Source of the DNA: Tubiluchus corallicola
Taxonomy: Eukaryota; Animalia; Priapulida
Direction of reading: 5' to 3'
NCBI GenBank assembly: GCA_030141605.1
Contig: JAQGDQ010000395.1
Location: forward strand, 150,997-214,996
Length of the DNA: 64,000 bases
Of this stretch, positions 39,754-49,329 are shown one piece after another. Below the pieces are notes generated by a model. The model saw only the letters and a list, made by a program, of their open reading frames with translations, was not told the DNA's origin and ran no database searches. Both the position numbers and the translations under genes were made by a program. Within the stretch, counting starts at the first letter, position 1, and each line of letters opens with the position of its first letter.

Positions 39754-41051
39754 CACCATGGCTGTAGTACACTTCAATATTCTATCATTATTTGCGAATA
39801 AATCTATTTGTTATGCCAGTGTTACGAGAAACAGTATTATAGTCGACGAAGAGGCCAGATACCAGAGAACCTGGTGGCATAATTTTGGACAATAGATCAT
39901 TGCCTGAAAAGACAATAATCGTCAGTAAAAAGCTGTCTAAGCCTTGAAAATTACTCTTCCAGCAACATTTTACAGGCAGTCCTAGTAACCTGCTTCACTG
40001 TCCAGACGAACAGCCAATCAGCATCTTACACACCGGTGCGACGTAGTAAATGTAGTGAATGCCGTACAGCGAGCAACCAATCAATATCGAACACAAGCCT
40101 GTGACGCAGGCGACCTTGCAGAGGTCAGGAAGAAACGTACTCTGGGCGAACCTGACTCCCAGTGAACCTTCATCGAGCTACAGCGCACGCGATTGTCTTC
40201 GAATGATATACAGCTTCAACTAAGGAGCCCTGGGAACTAGTAACATGAACCGCAACAGATACGGCGAATGTAAACAGACCTGCTGGAATCCAGCCAAGTA
40301 GTAAACTCCCACGCTGCCGTGCATCAGCTGATCTAATCGAAGCAAGTTAAAGATATGGTACTTATTGTGTACAGTTTATTGAAGTTCGAAAATATGATAT
40401 TATGCAATGTTTGCGTTGTGTCAAATGTTTTCAGTGAACAACTCTGAATCGACTGCTCATTTTGACAAAATTTACACCGTGCTGTACCTGCTTAAAAAAT
40501 TCGAAAATCTACTAAGTTACCCAACATAATCTACAATGCGTAATCAAGCATTATCCTAAGCCTGTGAAAGCTCAACAGAAAGCATGGTTGAATGTTGAAC
40601 TAATTTGCAATATGGGGTTTAATTTAATAATTACGTTTTCTTTAATCGGTATAACATTAATACATGGTAAGTGAACTGCTGCTATACCAAGCCACGATTT
40701 ATGTTAAAGTGTGAGATCTGTGGTAAAGTTCTTGTCTACATATTAAGGCCATAGGTTTGCTGATACACGGTGTCTGTATGTATGTATGTTTACCGGCACG
40801 TAGAATCCGGGTATTTAATGACAGTTTGAATAATTTTGGTGAAACTTAGTATTTATGCCTCATATTTAAGCGTCTGATAAGTTTTAAGTACAAATAGCAA
40901 CTATAGCTTTAGAATGATACATATACATTTAAGTACAATAGGATTGTAATTTTAATGCTTATGTAGTGTGTATCATATAGCTTATGTTAATGTTGCTTGG
41001 TAACAAAGCAGAATGAGCAGGTTTTAAGTGCACAACGTCAACAGACAAAAT

Positions 41052-41933
41052 ATGGAAAAGGATCTCTTCAAGCCAAAAGCTGATCTCTCAGCCGAGGCAA
41101 TTGGCTTCGAAAAGTCAGTTGAACAAGGCGACAAGGAGCAAACATTAGCGGGTGACGATTGCCCAGCATATTTACAGGAATGCAAAAAAAGACTAAGTAC
41201 GCAGCAGGGTCGATTAACAAAAAAGATAAATTACTTGATGAAAAATCTACACGAATGGAAGCAAGATGAGCTCCTTTTAAAGCAAGCTGAATTAGAAAAT
41301 ATCGTTACAGACTACAAAAATTTCTTTGAAGATTGTTACGCAGCTGTTAGGGAATGTAATGGAACCCCTGATGAGATTGCTAAGATGCGAGAGGGATATA
41401 AATTTGTCATGGGAAACGTTAATGAAATGCACGCAAAAATAAATTCTTGTCTAAAACCCATCCAGGATGAACACGACCAGTCACATAGTAAAGACAACCA
41501 TTCCATTGCTGGGAGTAGCGAAAAGCTCAGCTATAAAAGCATAAGCAGTGTTGCCAGTGCACGGGCCATGGTAGCAGCAAAAAGAGCCGCTTTACAAGCA
41601 AAGGCATCCATCATGGAAAAGATGAGAAACCTTGAGCTTTGTGAATATCAGAGAAGAGCAAAGGCAGAAAAGGAGCAGCGATTGTATCAAATGAAAATGA
41701 GCGAATTGGAAGAACAAGCTGAAATTAAAATGCTGGAAGCTGAAGAAAGGGTGCTCGCCAAGTTTGAAGTCGATGAGAAAGTAGAAGAAGAAGAAAAGAA
41801 GGAACTCCCATCTTTGCTTGCATATAAAAGGGATGAGACAAAGCGGTGGGTTGAAATGTGTGAAGAAGCAGTGAGACAGCCAAATCATTCATCTCAAGGA
41901 AGTGCACCAATCTCAACACGATGTTGTGGTTGA
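41052..41933 (+). CDS. gag: BEL/Pao Gag N-terminal region (separated from the rest by a frameshift)
   Basis: ORF from first ATG 41052 (track start 41028 is GTG); helical, coiled-coil-like SSVASARAMVAAKRAALQAKA segment typical of BEL Gag N-termini; overlaps the downstream ORF. Confidence 0.8.
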   Translation: MEKDLFKPKADLSAEAIGFEKSVEQGDKEQTLAGDDCPAYLQECKKRLSTQQGRLTKKINYLMKNLHEWKQDELLLKQAELENIVTDYKNFFEDCYAAVRECNGTPDEIAKMREGYKFVMGNVNEMHAKINSCLKPIQDEHDQSHSKDNHSIAGSSEKLSYKSISSVASARAMVAAKRAALQAKASIMEKMRNLELCEYQRRAKAEKEQRLYQMKMSELEEQAEIKMLEAEERVLAKFEVDEKVEEEEKKELPSLLAYKRDETKRWVEMCEEAVRQPNHSSQGSAPISTRCCG

Positions 41934-44900
41934 CAATAGATGTGACGATGTATGTCATGCTCACAGCGAAGGAAACAAAACACACACAGGAGAAATAAGT
42001 CGGCAAATAAATTCTGAAAGTGCAAGCTTGCCTAAGGTGGAGATGATGTATTTTGATGGAGACCCATTAAAGTTTCATCTGTTTATGAAGACTTTTGAAC
42101 ATGCAGTAGAGAGAGTTTCTGTAGATAGTCATGCCAATCTTCTGCGCTTACTACTTTATTGTACAGGAAGAGCAAGAAAGGTGGTGGAAAGCTGCTTGCT
42201 CATGCCTCCTAATGAGGCCTACGCAAAGGCGAAGAAGATGCTTTATGAGCGGTTTGGGAATTCTTACAACATAGTTGAATCTTGGCTAACACAGATTAGA
42301 GAAACGAAGGCTGTTAAGGGCCGAGAAGAATTAATGCATTTTGCAGATGACTTGAGAATGGCTCAAGGAATACTGGCCAGTATTAACAAAAGAGAAGAAA
42401 TAAATAACCAAACAAATCTTTTGTGTATACTTGAGAAACTCCCAATTTATCTCCAAACAAGGTGGAAGACAGAGGCATATAAAATTAGAATGAGCCAAGA
42501 AAGGAGTCCAACGATTGATGATGTAGTTCATTTTGTGGAAACAGCAGCTTTAGAGGCAAATGATCCAGTTTTTGGGAATTTAGGATATATCGACCGAGAA
42601 AGAAAGGAAACCCAGAAACTCACAACAAGAAAGGATGCTAAAGCAAGTTACCAAACAAGTTTTTTATCTAAAATAGCAGGCGAATCGAAGAGATCTACGT
42701 GTAGCATTTGCACTGGTGAACACTTTATAACTGAATGTGCAGACTTTAATGCCATAAAGCCTGAAGAAAGACTGGAGCTAGCCAGAGAGAAGAGACTTTG
42801 CTTTAAATGTTTAAAGCCCAATCATAGCAGCTATGAGTGTCGTATGAGCAAAAGATGCAATGTCTGTCAAAGAAGCCATTCCACTTTCTTACACCTGAGT
42901 AAATTTAAGCAAGGCAGGCAGGATGATGAAGATAGCGATATGAGAGAAGCTAGCAGCAAGTGTTCTGTCCAAAATGGTTATGTTGAAAGATATACAGTGC
43001 GCAAAAGGATTATTTTACCCGTTGTAAAGGTTCTTGTACAATCTCAAAAACAAAGAATGCCACTCGAGACTCTGGCTTTCTTGGATTCAGGTAGCACAAA
43101 TACATTTTGCACTGAGGAGCTAGCCGCTAAATTGGGCGTAGATGGAAAGGATGTTGCCTTATCACTGACTACTTTGGAAAGGGAAAATAGCGAATTTACA
43201 GCCAAGGTGGTGAGTTTGCAAGTGATGAGCATGGAAAAAGATGAATGCATAACGCTTCCTGAAGTGTACACCAGACCTTCGCTAAGATTAAAGGGAGAAA
43301 CTCTGCCAGAATTGAAAGACCTAAAAAAATGGCCACACTTGCAGGACATACCATTGACCTCTGGCAGTTTTGGAGAACCTGAAGTGGGGCTTTTGATTGG
43401 TCAGGATGTGCCTATCGCGATGATTCCATTAGAGGTCAGAACAGGGCCACGAGGAGCTCCTTGGGCATCCAGGACTATACTAGGGTGGGCTCTTAATGGG
43501 CCAATAGGGTACACAAGCAGCAAAGCAATCATCAGTAACTATGTCCAAGCCACTGCTGATCTTGACAGCATTGTCGCCCAGTTTTGGCAGATGGAAATGT
43601 GTGAAGACGAAAATCATTATTCCAAAGAAGATGTCAAGGTGATCAAATTGTGGGAGGATTCAGTAACCCTAACTGAGGATAATCACTATCAATTGCCTAT
43701 ACCATTCCGAAGTGAGAATCCTGAGCTTCCAAACAATTTACCTGTGGTACAGTCTATGCTGCAGGGGCTCAAGAACAAGTTACAAAGGGACAATGCATTG
43801 CTAGAGAAGTATACTGCAGAAATCTCAAATATGCTGAATAAGGGTTATGCTGAGGAAATAAATGCCAAAGGTGTTAATGGAAGACCTGGAAAGATATGGT
43901 ATTTGCCCCATTTTGCAGTCAGAAATACAAACAAACCAGATAAAACGAGAATCGTCTTTAATTGTGCAGTTCAATTCGCAGGTACTACTCTAAATAGGAA
44001 CGTTATGCAGGGTCCTGTTTTAACAAATAAACTGATCGGTGTTTTGCTTAGATTTAGAGAAAACCAAATAGCTTTGATGGCTGATATTGAATGCATGTTT
44101 CACCAAGTGAAGGTGCCTGCAGAGGATCGCGATGTCCTTAGATTTTTATGGTGGGAAAATGGTTGTTTAAACACGGAACCAAAGGTCTACAGAATGACTG
44201 TTCACACATTCGGTGGAATATGGTGTCCAAGTGTTGCAGCCTTTGCACTCCAAAGCGTTGCAAAGCATAACCGGCATTTGTATGATGAAAACATAATTCA
44301 GACACTGCTGAAAGACTTCTATGTTGACGATTACCTAACCTCAATTGTAAATGAAGAGAAAGCCAAGCACATGCGTCAAAAACTGACTGATCTATTGGCT
44401 CGAGGTGGCTTTCGTTTAACTAAGTGGTGCAGCAACAGTAGAAGTGTCCTTGAGTTCATCCCAGAAGAGGAGCGGGGCAAAGGTGTTAAGAATCTGGATC
44501 TAGAAGCACATACTTTGCCAGTAGAAAGGGCCTTAGGAATTTTCTGGGACATGGAAATTGATCAGTTCAAAATCCATGTAAACCAAAGACAAAAACCATT
44601 GACTCGCCGTGGCCTACTAAGTGTGGTGTCATCAGTTTATGATCCTGCAGGCATAATTTCTCCCTTTGTTCTACGTGCCAAGCTTATGTTCCAGGAAGAA
44701 ACCCGCCTAAGAAAGGCATGGGATGAACCCCTGGAAGAGCACACTGCCAGAAAATGGAAAGTTTGGCAAGAAGAGCTTATGACACTGGAAAACATGAAGG
44801 TAGCTCGTTGCTTGAAACCAGAGCATTTTGGGACCGTAAATAACACTCAATTGCATCATTTTAGTGATGCATCAGAAGTTGCCTTTGGAACAGTGTCCTA

Positions 44901-46896
44901 CGTGCGATTCGAGAACAACGATGGAAAAGTACATGTCTCCTTCATCTTGGGCAAATCACGCTTGGCACCTATGAGGGGTATGACAATTCCCAGACTGGAG
45001 CTTTCTGCAGCCATGCTATCAGCTAGAGTAGATCACATGTTACGACAGGAATTTAACATGCACATTGATGAATCCATATTCTGGACGGACAGCTCAATAG
45101 TATTAGGCTACTTGAATAATGAAGTTGCAAGGTATAAAACCTTTGTTGCCAATCGTTTGGCTGTCATTCAGGAACTAACTTCACCACAACAATGGCATCA
45201 CCTACCAGGAGCAGACAATCCAGCAGATGATGCAACAAGGGGAATTGCAGCATTAGATCTGGTGAAGGAAAGCAGGTGGATAAATGGCCCCACATTTCTG
45301 AAAGGCAAGCGAGAGCAATGGCCAAAGATCGGTGATAGTATCAAAGGCAAAGATGTCTCAGATGATTCTGAAATTAAGAAAAGTCCTATGGTGGTCTACA
45401 CGTCTAAAGCAGTAGAAAAGGATGATAATGTCATCGACAAGTTGTGTGAGCATTATTCAAATCTGCATCGGCTAAAAAGATGTGTAGCTTATCTCCTACG
45501 TCTGAAACGATTGTTGAGAGACAAAGTACTTAAGAGAGTCCGTACTATGTCAAAGCACGCTGCCCTTTCTTTGAAGGAACTAATGGAGGCTGAGGAAGAA
45601 ATCATTAGACATGTGCAGTACATACACTTCAAAGAAGAGCTCACGGGACAGAATGTACTCAAAACCAGTCATTTGTATCAATTGGACCCTCAGAAATCAG
45701 ATAAAGGCATATTGGTAGTTGGAGGCAGACTAGCCAAAGCTCCTTTAGCTGAACAAGCTAAGCACCCAATAATACTGCCAAAAGACCATGTTTTTTCTCG
45801 CCTAGTTGTCCGACACTACCATGAGGAAAACTGCCATGCTGGATGCAATTACACTATGTCTGTAGTCAGAGGCAAGTTTTGGATCATTGGACTGAGAACT
45901 ATCGCAAGAAAGGTTATAAAGGACTGTCGCAGGTGCAGACATTTGTATGCACCCACGCTGGGCCAAAAGATGGCTGACTTACCCAGCGATAGGGTTTCAA
46001 GAGATTCAGTATTCTCAGTGGGGGTAGATTGTTTTGGGCCCTTTTGGGTAAAGAGAGGGCGCACATCTGCTAAGAGATATGGATGTTTATTTACGTGCAT
46101 GGCAGTGCGATCTATTCATCTAGAAGTTCTTTTTGACATGACCACTGATAGCTTTGTTAATGCCCTCTTCCGATTTATTAGCAGGAGGGGAAAGCCAAAT
46201 GTGATCAGGTCGGACCATGGGACAAACATAGTTGGAGCAGACAGGGAGCTTCAAAAAGCTATGTTAGGCTGGAACCATCAGAACATCACTAGTCAGCTAC
46301 ATCAACGTAACATAGAGTGGGAGTACAATCCACCAGCTGCTTCACACATGGGAGGTTGTTGGGAAAGGATGATAAGATCAGTCAGAAGGATATTGGTCCA
46401 CCTTTTAGATGGACAGACCCTTGATGATGAAGGATTATCCACTGTATTCTGTTTAACGGAGGCAATAATTAATGGAAGGCCGTTAACGCCGATTTCAGAT
46501 GATCCAAAGGATGCAGAACCATTGACACCAAATCATCTGCTTTTAGCTCACAATGCTGCCTCACTGCCACAAGGAGTGTTTTCTGACTCTGATCGTTACA
46601 GACGCAACTGGCGACACATTCAACACTTAGTGAATGTCTTTTGGAGCAGATGGACCAGAGAGTACTTGTCATCCTTACAGCAACGGAACAAGTGGACTGT
46701 GCCAAAAAGAAATCTCAAAGTCAATGATGTGGTGCTTGTGAAGGAGACCACACCCAGAAATCTGTGGCCACTGGGCAAGGTAGAGCAAGTTCATGTAGGC
46801 GAAGATGGGTTAGTGAGAAGTGCTACACTTAAAGTGAAAGCTGGATTTTTAGAGCGCCCCATTCACAAGCTCTGTCTTCTAGAGGGTGCCGACTAA
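41902..46896 (+). CDS. pol: BEL/Pao Gag-Pol polyprotein (Gag core, 3 zinc knuckles, aspartic protease, RT, RNase H, integrase)
   Basis: 1664 aa; FDGDPLKF Gag core; CSICTGEH..C, CFKCLKPNH....C, CNVCQRSH....H; LDSGS; FYVDD; HHFSDASE and RLEL; HYH...H..CRRC; VDCFGP / SDHGTN / WERM (DDE). Confidence 0.97.
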   Translation: MHQSQHDVVVDNRCDDVCHAHSEGNKTHTGEISRQINSESASLPKVEMMYFDGDPLKFHLFMKTFEHAVERVSVDSHANLLRLLLYCTGRARKVVESCLLMPPNEAYAKAKKMLYERFGNSYNIVESWLTQIRETKAVKGREELMHFADDLRMAQGILASINKREEINNQTNLLCILEKLPIYLQTRWKTEAYKIRMSQERSPTIDDVVHFVETAALEANDPVFGNLGYIDRERKETQKLTTRKDAKASYQTSFLSKIAGESKRSTCSICTGEHFITECADFNAIKPEERLELAREKRLCFKCLKPNHSSYECRMSKRCNVCQRSHSTFLHLSKFKQGRQDDEDSDMREASSKCSVQNGYVERYTVRKRIILPVVKVLVQSQKQRMPLETLAFLDSGSTNTFCTEELAAKLGVDGKDVALSLTTLERENSEFTAKVVSLQVMSMEKDECITLPEVYTRPSLRLKGETLPELKDLKKWPHLQDIPLTSGSFGEPEVGLLIGQDVPIAMIPLEVRTGPRGAPWASRTILGWALNGPIGYTSSKAIISNYVQATADLDSIVAQFWQMEMCEDENHYSKEDVKVIKLWEDSVTLTEDNHYQLPIPFRSENPELPNNLPVVQSMLQGLKNKLQRDNALLEKYTAEISNMLNKGYAEEINAKGVNGRPGKIWYLPHFAVRNTNKPDKTRIVFNCAVQFAGTTLNRNVMQGPVLTNKLIGVLLRFRENQIALMADIECMFHQVKVPAEDRDVLRFLWWENGCLNTEPKVYRMTVHTFGGIWCPSVAAFALQSVAKHNRHLYDENIIQTLLKDFYVDDYLTSIVNEEKAKHMRQKLTDLLARGGFRLTKWCSNSRSVLEFIPEEERGKGVKNLDLEAHTLPVERALGIFWDMEIDQFKIHVNQRQKPLTRRGLLSVVSSVYDPAGIISPFVLRAKLMFQEETRLRKAWDEPLEEHTARKWKVWQEELMTLENMKVARCLKPEHFGTVNNTQLHHFSDASEVAFGTVSYVRFENNDGKVHVSFILGKSRLAPMRGMTIPRLELSAAMLSARVDHMLRQEFNMHIDESIFWTDSSIVLGYLNNEVARYKTFVANRLAVIQELTSPQQWHHLPGADNPADDATRGIAALDLVKESRWINGPTFLKGKREQWPKIGDSIKGKDVSDDSEIKKSPMVVYTSKAVEKDDNVIDKLCEHYSNLHRLKRCVAYLLRLKRLLRDKVLKRVRTMSKHAALSLKELMEAEEEIIRHVQYIHFKEELTGQNVLKTSHLYQLDPQKSDKGILVVGGRLAKAPLAEQAKHPIILPKDHVFSRLVVRHYHEENCHAGCNYTMSVVRGKFWIIGLRTIARKVIKDCRRCRHLYAPTLGQKMADLPSDRVSRDSVFSVGVDCFGPFWVKRGRTSAKRYGCLFTCMAVRSIHLEVLFDMTTDSFVNALFRFISRRGKPNVIRSDHGTNIVGADRELQKAMLGWNHQNITSQLHQRNIEWEYNPPAASHMGGCWERMIRSVRRILVHLLDGQTLDDEGLSTVFCLTEAIINGRPLTPISDDPKDAEPLTPNHLLLAHNAASLPQGVFSDSDRYRRNWRHIQHLVNVFWSRWTREYLSSLQQRNKWTVPKRNLKVNDVVLVKETTPRNLWPLGKVEQVHVGEDGLVRSATLKVKAGFLERPIHKLCLLEGAD

Positions 46897-46943
46897 CTGC
46901 TTACTGGAAATTTTTGGTAAAATGCTTTGTGACTTCGCATTTT

Positions 46944-46953
46944 AGAGGGGGAG
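46944..46953 (+). promoter_or_regulatory. Polypurine tract
   Basis: AGAGGGGGAG immediately before the 3' LTR. Confidence 0.92.
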
Positions 46954-47380
46954 TGTAACGGCAATATGCATAACGACACCTATGTATTGGAAGGTGCTGC
47001 CCTCTACGAGTGAGGAGGAAAGGACAGGAGGGGAACAATGGTGGTCGTGTTTTTTTATCACAGCAATGTTTTTGTCGTTATTGTGTTACATTTAATAACA
47101 TCGTTTAGTCATAACCGAATTTTGTACCTTGAGAAATTTTAAATCTTGACGAAGAGCCAACGATGTGAGTTACATCAATTTAAGTAATTTAATTAAGTTG
47201 TGAATTCAATCTCTCAAGTTTGAGAAAGTTTTTGCCAATAAGTTGACTTCTTTGTAATTACTGAGCTTCAGTTTATCATTTTATTCATTTTCTTACTTGT
47301 TAATGTTCTTTTTATTATTCTGTTTAGAATAAACGACTTTGGAGCATGAATCAAATAGTGAAGGCTTTCTGTTCACAACA
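46954..47380 (+). repeat. 3' LTR (427 bp)
   Basis: Direct repeat of 39308-39735. Confidence 0.98.
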
Positions 47381-47804
47381 CTGATAATTTTTTAAAGTAT
47401 TTAAGACATTTAGTATGCATGCTATACTGATCTGTACAAAGTCGTCTCTAAACTACTGTACCTTGCGCAGTTTTTTATGCTATGTAGATTTTCTAGTTTG
47501 CCATTTTATCACCATTTTTAGTCTATTGTTATTGGCTTAAATCAAAATAACTATTAACAGATCAAATAACTCTCAGTTTTAAAATTTTATTAATTTTAAA
47601 GGCAGAAAATATTCTTGTATCCCATGGGATACAACGGGTATGAAAGGGTTAAGAATAAAATGCTATAATTCGCATTTCATATTGTGCATTATTTTGTTTG
47701 TTATCAGTTTGAATTCCTATAAATCTTGTTGTTTGTTAATCTAATCCTATTATCTTTAGTCTTACTGCATCAGCCGCGTTCATGACTTGTTTGAGGTGTT
47801 TAAC

Positions 47805-48401
47805 CACCGGCAGATTATGATTTTATGGGCCTTAGGCTTGAGCTTGGAACGGGCCTTTTAAATGTTGCTACACTGCTGAGCTGACGTGTTTTTGTGGAGC
47901 TCTCGTCGTTTGTAAGTTTGTTTAATTTTGTGAGTTTTTGCCCACCGATTGTGATAAAAATTATATCTTCTTGATCCTTGAGTTGTATACTAGGACTATA
48001 TATAGCGCCAAGCTGCTCGAAATCTTTTGGACACGTATCCTAACGATTTAGAGACACCTTTTGTAGAAAAGTTAGTACACTTCCAATCGTTTATCCAGAA
48101 ATGTGACCAAACTTGCAACGGCAGCATTGAACTACAGATGTATCGGCAAATTGTTTCCAATAACCTTCTGTCAAATTCGGAAACTGAAATTTTGAACTTA
48201 AACTTAAACTGTGTAAACGTGAATTGTGTAAACTTAAATTGTGTAAACTTGAATTGTGTAAATTTGATCTGTGTAAACCCGATTTGAAATATAGTGACTG
48301 ACTTTTGAAAAAAAAAATTTTTTCGTTTTATCTTGCGGGGCCCCTTTTGATCCCGGGCCTTAGGCTTCAGCCTATTCAGCCTATAGGGCTATCCGCTACA
48401 G
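47805..48401 (+). mobile_element. hAT-superfamily deletion derivative with transposase remnant
   Basis: 8-bp TSD TGTTTAAC (47797-47804, 48402-48409); degenerate TIRs CACCGGCAGAT/ATCCGCTACAG; subterminal GGGCCTTAGGCTT repeats; peptide YPNDLETPFVEKLVHF...LQMYRQIVSNNL resembles the region before the hAT dimerisation domain. Confidence 0.75.
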
Positions 48402-48889
48402 TGTTTAACAGTAGGTTTTAGTAGTATAAAACATGTTCCTACATGCACGTTTTACATTTCCTGGTTGACTGGTTCTTGTTAAACTTTTACTGCCACATTG
48501 CATGTGTACTTCAACTGATTACTTAGATGAACACTGAATCCCTGCATCAGAGTTAATTACATTATAATTACATAGCAAGATCCATAAATCAACAAGCCCA
48601 GAGCTTTGCATGCGGGAATCATAACGGAGCAACAAAATCCCCCCGTATTACACTCGCATGCCGTCTGCGGATTAGCCTAATATTATGACTGCTCAGGAAA
48701 TCATTATGGACAGGCAGTTAGGAACGAAAACGACCATCGAGCTTGTCAAAACTTGGCAAGCAGGTTTGCTTAATAACCGCCAATTTATCAAAAAAGGTGT
48801 GGAATCGTCTGAGCGAGGCGATTTGTCAACGCGCTTAGCGACAAAATGTCACATACAGCGAAAATTTCATAACAGAATTTTAACAACCG

Positions 48890-48966
48890 CGCAGCCCGTA
48901 AGAAGTTGCAGTTACTGCTAGTCAAGAAACGCAGCCCGTAAGAAGTTGCAGTTACTGCTAGTCAAG
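48890..48966. repeat. About 40-bp tandem duplication
   Basis: CGCAGCCCGTAAGAAGTTGCAGTTACTGCTAGTCAAG twice. Confidence 0.9.
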
Positions 48967-49329
48967 TAAGCTGTTCTATCGAATTGGTTGTTTGATAAGC
49001 TTTATGACATTTTTGTAGCCGTTTAGTTTAATTTCTGTTGACGTCGACAAGCGTTGAAACATGTTAAACGTTTCCACACGCCCACGTTTGATCGAGTTCA
49101 CAAATTTACAAAAAATACCTTTGCTAAAGGTCACACAGTCAACGTGCGTAATGAAGAATGGTGGGGGGGGGGGACAAAATGAGATTAACGGATCTTGAAT
49201 TTAACAAAAAAAGACATGCCGACGTGCATTTTTGAGCATAAGCAACTCTTAACATATCTCTTCATTCTCATCTGGAAATCAGGTGATCTTGGTGTCAGCT
49301 GATAGCATCCACCCCCCCCCCCCCTTATA

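Larger units (their letters stand above)
39308..47380 (+). mobile_element. Full-length BEL/Pao LTR retrotransposon
   Basis: Two TGT...ACA LTRs, 5-bp TSD CTGAT (39303-39307, 47381-47385), PPT, and Gag-PR-RT-RH-IN domain order with triple Cys-His knuckle. Confidence 0.98.
38999..47648. mobile_element. piggyBac-like MITE (about 570 bp) split by the BEL insertion
   Basis: TTAA|CCCTTTTAGTCCC...GGGTATGAAAGGG|TTAA; subterminal palindrome TTGTATCCCATGGGATACAA (47615-47634) with a related copy at 39119-39137. Confidence 0.75.

Noticed and set aside
39744-39754. TCGGCTCTTCC resembles a conserved 28S rRNA segment (recalled)
   Set aside because: Only 11 nt and in the sense orientation, so rRNA could not anneal as a primer; the LTR splice-junction match is longer and correctly positioned.
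41592-46705. Short antisense ORFs within the BEL coding region
   Set aside because: Expected shadows of a long sense ORF; all about 100 aa or less with no motifs.
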